The notes under the pieces are model-generated. The model worked only from the letters and a program-made list of their open reading frames with translations, made no database searches and had not been told where the DNA came from. The position numbers and the translations under genes are program-made. DNA of 64,000 nt from Phoronis australis (taxonomy: Eukaryota; Animalia; Phoronida). The first letter of the stretch is position 1, and the number at the start of each line of letters is the position of its first letter. The stretch is taken from assembly GCA_002633005.1 (NCBI GenBank), contig NMRA01000381.1, positions 121,057-185,056 on the forward strand, in the 5' to 3' direction. This document shows positions 18,601 to 29,200 of the stretch, piece after piece.

Positions 18601-19506
18601 GATAAAAGCAAAGTTGATGTAACTTATAAATGCAAAAAGCACCAAAAAGCTTTTATGACATTTTGAAAATTTTGAGACGTGACAAGTTGTCACTTGCAAT
18701 TTAACAAATCCATTCTCTGATACAGCTAAGTTTGTGATTACAAATGGTGCTATGGTTTCACCAAAGTTTGGGTTACATTCTTTGATTACATTTCTCAGTT
18801 GTATACAATGGAAAAGTGGGGAGATTAGTCTCATTTCAGTTTTCATTTACTATCAACGATTCACTGGGATAGCATTTACTTCATTATTTGAACCAATTGT
18901 ATTGCAAAACACAACTGTTGTGTTGTAGGGATCGTGCTAAAGAACTCAACCTTGACATTGTTCTGAACTACATTCGAGATCAAGCAGCTGACAGGGACGC
19001 CTGGGACATGGCTGATCAAGGTATGTCAACCTCCCTGTTGCCCGTACTCCCTGCAGAATACCATAGGACAAGTGAATTCATGGATATAAACAAGTTGCCT
19101 TATCGCTTCTTTAGAGTATGTTCTCATTCAGAAACATTGGTATGAACCAGTGTTGTTCCTTCAAAAACCAAGCAATTTTTTTCCAAAGAAGACCACCCAT
19201 CAAAAACCACAGTACACCTTCTCTTTCTTCTTGAACACGGTTGATTCTTCTTTTTTTCTGCCAATATTAAAAGTGTATTTAACCTTTCTTTAAGGTCTTC
19301 AACTAATGTCTGGCCATGAGCTCAACAGCTTACCCACACTCTCCACTGTGGAGAAACTGAAAAAGATGGGCTCGAGGAGCTCACTATTCAAGAAGGATTT
19401 TGGCTCTCGTACATCACTTGGCTCTTCTACTTCAAGCAAGTCATTCAAGAAGGCATCAGACAGTGTTGAAAGTACCTCGCATGGTGAGACTGCCAAGGGC
19501 ATTTAA
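6638..19506 (+). CDS. Uncharacterised membrane protein: N-terminal ubiquitin-like domain, ~4 TM helices, armadillo repeats (Vac8-like), 656 aa
   Basis: Exons: 6638-6670, 8936-9148, 9404-9541, 9876-10030 (duplicated at 11177-11314 and 11644-11798), 12592-12685, 13029-13172, 14034-14110, 14518-14607, 15117-15216, 15765-15913, 16391-16518, 16802-16911, 17898-18002, 18209-18339, 18929-19020, 19295-19506. All GT-AG, phases match, 1971 nt open. N-terminus MLLYVESKAFPHKTFVVLVSSEDCVARVRAQL...QFRLRHNGVYLRDAYTVADYKLVDNAIIKMV follows the ubiquitin pattern. Exons 4-6 encode hydrophobic segments. ARM-like units include NKFRIVAEGGLDVLVTLALSTDHAIQEYAAEALAEL and NFVEIGGVSTLTALLHASEPRVVFEALSALSYI. Confidence 0.88.
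10844..12443 (+). other. Second near-identical copy of 9064-10675 starting at the N at 10843 (probable unmerged allelic haplotype)
   Basis: Starts mid-exon 2 directly after the N. Repeats exons 3 and 4 with scattered SNPs and 7-bp and 5-bp indels. Confidence 0.85.
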
Positions 19507-20116
19507 TGGTCTTTTCATTTGTTGTACACATCTGGGATGTTGTTCAGAGTTTGTTCTCTTGTTACCTTGAAATACCTGCAGAAGAGTATATCAGTTTGTA
19601 ATTGCCTTTCACGAGATAATTTGGTTTCATATATTATTTGTATGCAGGAATGTATAACATTAGTTGTTTATCTACCTTGTATTAATAATGTTGTCATACA
19701 TTATGGCAGACATTATTGGATTTCTGTTTTGGATTTCTCATCTATAAAATAAATGCTAAAAGAACATTTATTCCTTTCATAGTGTGTGTTCTATATCAAC
19801 ACATGGTGATAGCTAGACTATTTACTGAAGGGCAGTCAGTTTTTGGAAAATAGAAAGCTGCTATTTTTGCAAAGTAACTGAAGAACAACTAATGTTGATA
19901 TTGTGCATCATCTTTTGTTGTACATCATCAGTGTTAAGGATCTAGAAAATTAATTGTGTCAAGAACGCAAATGTAGAAATCTGTCATTATTCACATTTTT
20001 CAGTACAATGATTTTGTATAACTGTTCTGTGCGATGTTAACCCAGTGCCACGGTATTTTCATGTGTAAGTATTGGCTGGACCAGTGCTTTTATGTATTTT
20101 TTCTAGAAAAAAATGA

Positions 20117-20122
20117 AATAAA
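20117..20122 (+). terminator. Probable polyadenylation signal of the Ubl-TM-ARM gene
   Basis: AATAAA about 610 nt after the stop, followed about 20 nt later by CA and a T/GT-rich tract (catcttttttgttttct). An alternative AATAAA lies at 19748-19753. Confidence 0.45.
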
Positions 20123-20209
20123 GCTTTAGAAATTAACCAATACATCTTTTTGTTTTCTGAATCTTGTATTATTCAGTAGTAATAGGAAGTTGAAGCTTAC
20201 AATGTCATT

Positions 20210-20267
20210 GAAGAGTAGCTCTGGGTACCAGGGAATTTGAAGAGTAGCTCTGGGTACCAGGGAATTT
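20210..20267. repeat. 29-bp perfect tandem duplication
   Basis: GAAGAGTAGCTCTGGGTACCAGGGAATTT x2. Confidence 0.9.
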
Positions 20268-22642
20268 CAAAAGAGCCTCAACAAGGAAATGCCCATGTGG
20301 GGGTATTTTCGGAAACGATGTTTAAAAAAATCCTCTTTAGATAGTTTTACATGAAAATATGGGGAAATGTCACAATTTTCTCTATTTTTATATTTAAGAA
20401 GACCTTTAAAATGTTTCAAATCATTCAATAGCCAGCAAAAGGGTCATCTAGACTAATAGTAGCCAAGGTTCAAAATAAACGAAGCCTTCAACATGCCTTC
20501 AAACCTGCAGTTGGCAGTAATTCCAGAGCCTCACCACTTTTTTGAAAGACCCAGGCTCTTTTTGAATGTGAAATTACTTTGGTGAAATGACATCTGTCAT
20601 GTCCACGTAGTGTGAACATTCTTTTCTGATCGAGATTGCTGTTAGTATAGTAATTTCTACGAGTCTGACAAGATTTTGTGCGATTCTGATTCCTAACAAA
20701 AAATGTGCGTACCGGTTTGAAAGTAACCAAGTTAAGTTGTACGTTAAAATGAAAACAAAAAGGACAGTAAGTAATAGCCACAGGTGATGCTGAGGTTGTC
20801 ATCAGCTCTTCTCAGAAACTCTTGCCATTTACATCAAAATCTCTTTCAGCAAAAACAGATACACAACCAAACAAAAAGCTCAATCATTGTATTACTCTCA
20901 AATATCCACACTAAACAGTAAAAATGTAAGTGCGCAGACATTACAAATATAAATCTATTGATTGTCAAAAACAACAGCCAGTATGAGCCCACACATGGCG
21001 GCCATGTTTTAATCTTTGGTTAAAAAACAACATGGAAGATTGCTTTCACAAACACAGTAAAGAAAAATAAAAAAATAACTACACATTTTGTTAGTTTACA
21101 ATATTAATACTTCTACTGCTACAGGAGGGGCAGGTTTTAATAAATTGATTTAACTAGAAAATGTGTTCACATGGCATACAGCTGTTTACATGGAAATGTG
21201 ACTTGAGTCGACATGTCCCACTGCCTCACTCTAAGCAAATAATTCAATCAACTCCAACACTTGGTGTAGCATTGCCCGTGAATAAATACATAAGTTTCAA
21301 AAAGTTGATAAAACCTATTCTCAAAAATCAACAAAGTTTATGAACAAAAAATTTTGGCTTGATTTATAGCAGTTATTCTTTGATTGTTGACAAAGCCAGA
21401 CAAATTTTGACATGATTTTCAACAATTATGAAAACTTTAAAAATTCAATCATATATAACACAGTCACAAATGAACGGTGAATTGTATGTTACACGATTGT
21501 CTAAATATTAATTAGTATAACTAGGTAGTAGACCTTTATTAATACACGTTTCATTGAACACGAATTAGTAGATGAACAATCCACATTGTCCTCTCATATA
21601 AACATAATAGTGTCCTATGCTCATTGGGAGCCAAGATACAGTTTTTATATTGATTTCAGTGTTGTTTTCATCTCTCACAATGAACATCAGACAACTCCTC
21701 AGATCCCTACTACGTCAGTAAAATGAGGACGATTCAACTACAAAGTTGTGTTCAATCAAATGTATATTGATGAATTGTCTATGTATCCCAGATTGCATTT
21801 CACAACACATTTCCAATGAAATGCCACAGCATAACGTTGATATAGTGTAATGATGATAATGTATGTTCACCATTTCAAGTAGCCACAAGTTCAGATACAA
21901 GATTCTACTTGTGTCAAGGATTAAAACATTGGTCCACCTCGGCAAATGTGTGTTCAAGACAATTATCACAATATCAACATTATTTAGTAATTTCAAAGCA
22001 AAAATGCTAGATAAACTTAAATAAAATAAGACACACAAAACTAAAACGTGGTTAAAACAATGAACTTGACATTCAAACAGTAATGAATAATGACGAATGA
22101 TTTTGCACAATTGTGCTGGGCATAACATCTCACCAATACAACCTTGTGAAATCTTGCATATGTAAAAATCAATAAAGAATAAAGTACAGATTAGGTTTCA
22201 CTACAAAAACTACAAAGTTTCACCATTCAAATCACAGAGGTGTAGGCAATATTAAAATAATTCTACTTTTAAATTTCAACTTATACTGTTAATGATGAGG
22301 ACAGTAAATTAACCCTTACCCTGCTCACTGACAAAACGCTTGTTTGCACAAAAAAGTTTCAGTAGACGCAAAATTACTAATTCTACATTTGACACTTACC
22401 AGCTGTAGGGACAGTAAGTTCACAGTAGGTGTCTATGAAAGCAGACATTACTTTTAACGAAGAGAGCAACTATTGCAACATCAAACTTCAACAAGAGTAA
22501 AAATCAAGCCTATAAACAATGGGGAGTACAAGCCTATGATGACAATTACACACCATGATGTAAGAACTCTTCAAATTTTTAATTATAGCTTCCTTTCACT
22601 GCCTGTTCAGCTGTCAATGTTGGAATGTTGGGGACTTAAAAA

Positions 22643-22926
22643 TAGCAAGCTCATACCAACTTGAATTACTGCTGATTGAGCCTAGCAAGCTCATACCAAC
22701 TTGAATTACTGCTGATTGAGCCAGCAAGCTCATACCAACTTGAATTACTGCTGATTGCGCCAGCAAGGTCATACCAACTTGAATTCCTGCTGATTGAGCC
22801 TAGCAAGCTCATACCAACTTGAATTACTGCTGATTGAGCCTAGCAAGCTCATACCAACTTGAATTACTGCTGATTGAGCCTAGCAAGCTCATACCAACTT
22901 GAATTACTGCCGATTGAACCAGCAGC
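22643..22926. repeat. 39-40-bp minisatellite, ~7 copies, probably in the Pax 3'UTR
   Basis: Unit agcaagctcataccaacttgaattactgctgattgagcc(t), about 290 bp downstream of the Pax stop codon. Confidence 0.92.
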
Positions 22927-23212
22927 TCAAGTGCCATGCAACAGAATACTTGCACCATTTTGAATTGAATAAACTCTATGTTCTTGTTGGTAACGAAAAC
23001 AGATTCCAAATGAGTAAAGAATATTACAAGACCGAGTAAAATGTCCAATTGTATTTTTGTTTTTGTTTTCAGCCAGCTAAACAGGATGACAAGCAGCTTT
23101 TATTGAACTTAAGAAAGATCTTGAAAAAATGTTTTTGGTAACGTTACAAACTCTTAACAGAAGAATTGCGACAAGGAAAAGCGTGAAATTATAATCATTC
23201 CCAGCAACTACA

Positions 23213-26200
23213 CTATTTTCCTTCATTATCGTCCGGTGTCTCACCATCTTGATTCTGTCCACACTCCTCCCTGCTGCTGGCTTGCTGAATATGTTCCTGC
23301 TCTTCGAGTTTTTGAAGCAGCCCAGACTCACCTGGAATGCTAGACCGAAGAGTACCGTCTCCATGGCTCAATGTGGGCTCACCATTATCAACGTCCATTT
23401 CGAAACTTTTGACAATTTGGGCATGAACTACGCTCATCAAACTAAGGTTGTTCTCCTCTGGCAATTTGTTACCATTTTGAGAATAATTAAATGCTGGTGT
23501 TACAGCACTTGCTTTCTTTTTTGGGCTGGGAGAAGACCTGGAATGATTGGGTGCATCTCGTTTCAGTGACTCTCGAGATAATTCAGAGACAGCATGTGTG
23601 TGGTCGGCTATGTCCCCGTTGTATGCTGGAGATTCAATCACGTGTGGAAACTCGTCAGCATTTCGATCAACCGATAAATTCCTGGTCACCTTAAGTGGTA
23701 GAGGAGACTGCCGTTGGTCCTTCACTGTTTTGTCCCGTTTACTGCTGGCACTAGAACACTGTATGCTTTGCTTGAATGTACTGTCAAAAACAAACTGGGA
23801 ATCGTGCAACATAGCAATTTCATTCTTTACAACCCACATTCCATTGCCAACAGACATGATCTCGTAACGTTTGCCCATAAGAATGAGAACCTGTTTCTGA
23901 CCGCCACCATTGGTCGTTGCCTCTGAAGACGCTCTAAGGTCTAACGGTTGGATATCTTGTGTTGACTTCTTCATGGGGCTGTCTCCAAATAATTCAGAGG
24001 ACTTCCTACTTAAGTCGAGAGCCGTGTCATCTTGAGTGGAATTTTCTACTTTTGGAAGATTACAGTGAGGTGGAAATAAGTTAACTGGAAATGAAGGCCT
24101 CCCTGAATGTTGAAAATATGTTTTGGAGAGATTGGAATGCAGCATGGTTTGCCAAGAATTGGCACTTGGAAGCGGATCATTGCTGTTTACATCAGAGCCA
24201 CGGACAGTAACATTTGGGGGTACACCCAATGCAGGTGAAAATGAGTGGGTAACAGTAGATGACCTTTGGTTTCCTGTGACCTGCAAAGAGGCAGGGACTG
24301 GTGATTTGAGAGATGGCAGGTCAGTCACCTTCCTGTGCTTCATGGGATCCACACCAGGTGACGTCTGTGATGGTGATGAGTCACTGTCAAAGTCTTCATC
24401 CACATCATCCAAATCGTGCGAAGTCTACCAACAAAGATACGCAAAAATTAATTTAATGTAAGCTCTCGCTTTAACGTGTTGCATCGCATACCTGTTCCCT
24501 GCATGTATGCAATGCAAGGCATAGGTACACTATCTTTAATTTCTATTGTAATCATCAAGTTTTTCAAAATCAAACATATTCTGTTTAAACTTTAATTTAA
24601 ATTTTAATTCCATTTCAAGTCAGATTGCGGAGCGTGTGTAAAAGCTAACGGATTAGCTGGAGCTGAACCCACGAGGAGCCGTGGTTTCAAGCCCTATTAA
24701 TTCCTAGCAAAAATGTACCTCATACGTGTGAACCAGTAATAGAATTGTATCAACTCAGATGTAGGAAATGATGTATATTTTTGCAACAGGTATTGGTTCC
24801 AGTCAGGCCTTCATCCAGGATTTCGAAAATAGGGTGTCCAAAATGAGGTTCCCAATATTCCAGGGCGTCCATAATTCCGACGCGTAACCCCCCATCCCCA
24901 GCAATCCCCCCAAACACACAGATTTTTTTACAAAAAAATGCATAGACCAAGGTTTTTACATCTAAGTTTACAAAACAGCCTTCTGTAGTGAGCATTTTAA
25001 TAAAACATTGGTGTAGACCAAGACTTTTACAATGCTATCAACCAAGTGTGAGCATAGCAACATTGTATATACTTTGTATATACATTGTATATTTCTTCCT
25101 GCTTTGAAAAAAGAGCCCCCACTGTGAGCCTTCAGAGGCTTCCTAGTAATCATTACAATGTGTGTGTCCAAACTTGAAAGGTTCCTATTGACAGTGGGCG
25201 TCCAAATGATACATTGGGCGTCCTTGCCAGGGCGTCCATATTAGTGCTGGGGCGTCCATTTGGACGCCCAGGACGTACGCTGCATGAAGGCCTGGTTCCA
25301 GTGTCTATTTCCATCTACGATTTCCTGAGTCAACGATACAGATTTTCTCCACGTTACACACGATAACTATGACCAAACAAAACCCGAAATGGCAATTCGA
25401 AGTAGAGAGACAGTGACGCTGCTTCAGGTCTGGAGGGACGTCAGTCTCTCCTGCAAGGGTGACAGGATCCCCCAGCAGAACATTGATTTATCTTTCAATG
25501 TTCAGTATTAGATACAAACTTGGCGATATGATCTGGTCAGAATTAATCGCTTATGCATTGTAAACGTGGAAACAAAGCTACTTGAGCCCATAGGACTGTA
25601 ACTACATAAAGTAAGTCAATCCAGAGTTAGAGTAGACGTGATAACAGATTAATAAAAATGACACATTCACCATTGCAGTGAGAAATGTAACATAAATGAA
25701 CAAAAACATTTTCCTGTTTACACTATTGTACCAATCACTATTCCAACACCCAAACGATCACATTTTACAAGTACAGCAAACCTCATGCGTTGCAAGAAGA
25801 GCAGAGCTTTGACATTAAATGCAAGACAGTTGACAGGTATGTACTGTTAGTGTAGACTGTAACATCAAATGCATGACAGGTTTGCACAATTAGTGGCTAT
25901 TTGTGATATCAAATGTATGTACGACATGCTTGTATTTTAGTGGTCAGTTTCACATACAACAATACATTGTGGATCCTATTAGGTAGCACTTTTAATCAAA
26001 GTTTTGTTAAATCATCATACTAATATTTTTAAGTAGAAGGTTATAAAGTAAAGTAGTTAACAAATATATGCCAATTTCAGTAATTAAATATTTTCAATTT
26101 TTGCCCTTCCGTAAAGCTGAAACTTCTAGAACAAACAAGAACCTTTGGATGAATTTATCAGATGGGGAAATGCTACCTCATCAGTGAAATCATATCCTCT

Positions 26201-29200
26201 TCTCTTTACCAGTGACTTATCTCGTATGATGCGGTTGATAGAGCTGATACTTGGCACTGACTTTTCACTGCAGATGTTGTCTTCTAACAATCTGAGCATA
26301 AAATGAGTGGTTGTATGAAGAGTAAACTCCAATGATTATACAAGCAAAACAGTATGATCTGAACACTTATACATCTAACAACAGGCCTACTCAAGACCAG
26401 GCCAATGCATTTTGTAAATAATATCATGGCTCACTTAAAGCCCAGGTACTTCTTCACGATTACTCAAGACCCCAGGTGGTCACATATGACCCCGCCCTGT
26501 TATGTGGCCCACGCTAATTCTGAAATTCACTAAATGATCATAATTCACAAGTATTGTTATCGGAAACATATCAGAAAATCTCCCTTAACAGTATTTTCTT
26601 AATAAAGACAATTCTAACAACTAGAACACTGAGATGTAATGGAACATTTTACTACCAGGTACCCCTTGCTGGCATATGCAGAAAGCTTTCAAGCTACTTG
26701 TGGTGTACATGCCTATACCGGTAATTACCTTCAGTGGGAGTTGGCTTCACATTTGTAGACTGTTGATGGTTTCAATTAAAATTAAACCAGCACATATTCC
26801 AGAGTGGGCATTTAATTGAGCCAAGATGGTAGGTGATCATGAATGTTCTGTGACAACATTCCTAGATAACCAAGTCATACGAGTTGATGTCATTAAGGGG
26901 TCTGTATAGCAAGTTTTACAATAAGTAGTATAGAACTAAGGCACAGCTACACTAAGCTTCCACTGTAAGCATCCTGACGCATTGTGTTACCGATTGCTCC
27001 TAACTTTAAGTTAAGTGTCCAGTGAACACAAGCAAGAGACACTACTTTAAGTTAAGTGTCCAGTGAACACAAGCAAGAGACACTACTTTAAGTTAAGTGT
27101 CCAGTGAACACAAGCAAGAGACACTACTTTAAGTTAAGTGTCCGGTGAACACAAGCAAGAGACACTACTTTAAGTTAAGTGTCCAGTGAACACAAGCAAG
27201 AGACACTACTTTAAGTTAAGTGTCCAGTGAACACAAGCAAGAGACGCTACTTTAAGTTAAGTGTCCGGTGAACACAAGCAAGAGACACTACTTTAAGTTA
27301 AGTGTCCAGTGAACACAAGCAAGAGACGCTACTTTAAAATAAGTGTCCAGTGAATACAAGCAAGAGACGCTACTTTAAGTTAAGTGTCCAGTGAATACAA
27401 GCAAGAGACACTACTTCAAGTTAAGTGTCCTGTGAATACAAGCAAGAGACACTATTGTCTGCACTGTTTACAAACAGAAAAGTGGCATTTCTAAAACATG
27501 AATTCCTAGTTTAAAAAAATCTAAATATTCATACAAAATAACGGTTAATGACTCCAAGCAATTGCACGGTATGGGGAAATGTACAACGTGTTTGGATTGG
27601 TCATGAGGAGTATGGCGTTGTCATGAGCTAAAATGGCAAAAAATCACCGACAAGGAGTACTTTAGGAAATCGTTCACTTTGTTACACATGACTTTTTGTA
27701 ATGAAAATGTTGGCATGCACTCAGTCAAAGAGTAGTTGTTGAATGTGATCTTAATTACATTAATAAGGTCCCTATACTGACTATGCTCAAGAGATTTCAC
27801 TAAGTGTTTACACGAAGATAAACTTCGAGCGTCAACTTTTTACATTTGTTCTTGTTTATCTAAATTTTTGTGCTTGAGTACCACCACGAAACCATAGACA
27901 ACGCGCATGAGAAGTACAGCTGATATTTGTAATTTGTAGTTATGTAGCATTTTATGATACCTACTCTCAAAATATCTGTACCGACTCGTCACACTTGAGT
28001 TTCGCGTCACTGTCTGAACTCGACATGAGCAACTGTACAGTTTCACATTGAGCCAGTTGTGTTTTCAACTTTTCGTTGTCTAATTATGTATCAATACCTG
28101 CACAAAGCTAATCATTCCTATACATAATGATATAAACCAGTATCTTGATAAATAATGTCAAATGACTTTGCAATCGAATTCCCGGTCAAATAGTTACTGT
28201 CCGACTTACTGCACAGACTATATCTTCCAGAACTAATTGAGATTTGTTGGTTTCTACAACATAAACCACGTAAATTGCCCAGCACTAAAATTAGCAGACT
28301 GTTGCAACGACTTCAAACTGGAGGAAATATTAACAATTCCTATACAACAGACTGCAAGGTTTGGCACGAGAATGACCCATTAAACATTTGACATGTTGGA
28401 ATTTCTCCAGTGCCAGTTCACCTCCTACCAACTGTTTCAATTTCAGTGATAAAATGCCACACATTTTTCTAATTTTTCAACTCCAAACGCAGATGGGGTG
28501 AATGTCAAAATTTTTCCGTGGAAAACTTTATTATATCTGATCCGCCAAAACTTTACAATGTCCTTCGAATACCTCATTGTGTTGTTGAGGGTAACAATTC
28601 TACCGCATTTAAAAACAGTAAAAACGCTGTATTGTCTAAGGGGAACGGGCCATCTGCTATTATCCTATTAAACTGGACCCAGGTGTCTGATTTGGCTATT
28701 GTTTTCAAAGCATCAATCATGCGTGGTGTGACTTCAAATATTTCTTTTATTGCCCTGTATTCTCGTGCTAAACCTTTCTCTATATCCCTTCCGCACTCTT
28801 TTTGCTCAGTGTATTCTTCATCTTTGCCTTCTCGTTCTACTTTTGAAATGGACTCTTGTGCTCAAACTTTTTTTCTAGTATAGGTATCTTTTGTTAGGAA
28901 TGCATGTGCACAACCATGGCGAAGTGGGCAAAAAGGTTCGCCTCTGAGAAACAAAAACTCCGAAAAAAAGTAGAAACCGAGACAAAAGTCCACTAAAAAG
29001 GCAGGAACTACCAAAATTCGGCAAATGCACGATTCATAGGTATGGAAGTATCCCATGAATCTTAGTAAAGGTCTATGCACTAAAAAATTCAAGCACCCCA
29101 TTTTTTAGCCTGGGTGCGCGGATGCACCAATATTTTTTTACTCTGAAACATTCCAAACAATTGTGTTCAAACAATGTTAGATACCGTACGGTACCTGTAG

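Noticed and set aside
23249-24461. Plus-strand ORFs over the last Pax exon, and similar antisense ORFs over PSMC2 and SEC62 exons
   Set aside because: Shadow frames of real exons.
27003-27454. CRISPR-like regular arrays (also 1056, 22643, 37105, 56995, 61817)
   Set aside because: Units are head-to-tail with no unique spacers, no cas genes are present, and the context is eukaryotic: ordinary minisatellites.
27565-27628. A true 12/23 RSS pair or an intact ProtoRAG
   Set aside because: No nonamer at 12 or 23 bp, symmetric TIRs, and no RAG1/RAG2 sequence recognised.
28518-28883. 121-aa plus-strand ORF
   Set aside because: Antisense to the more protein-like minus-strand remnant.
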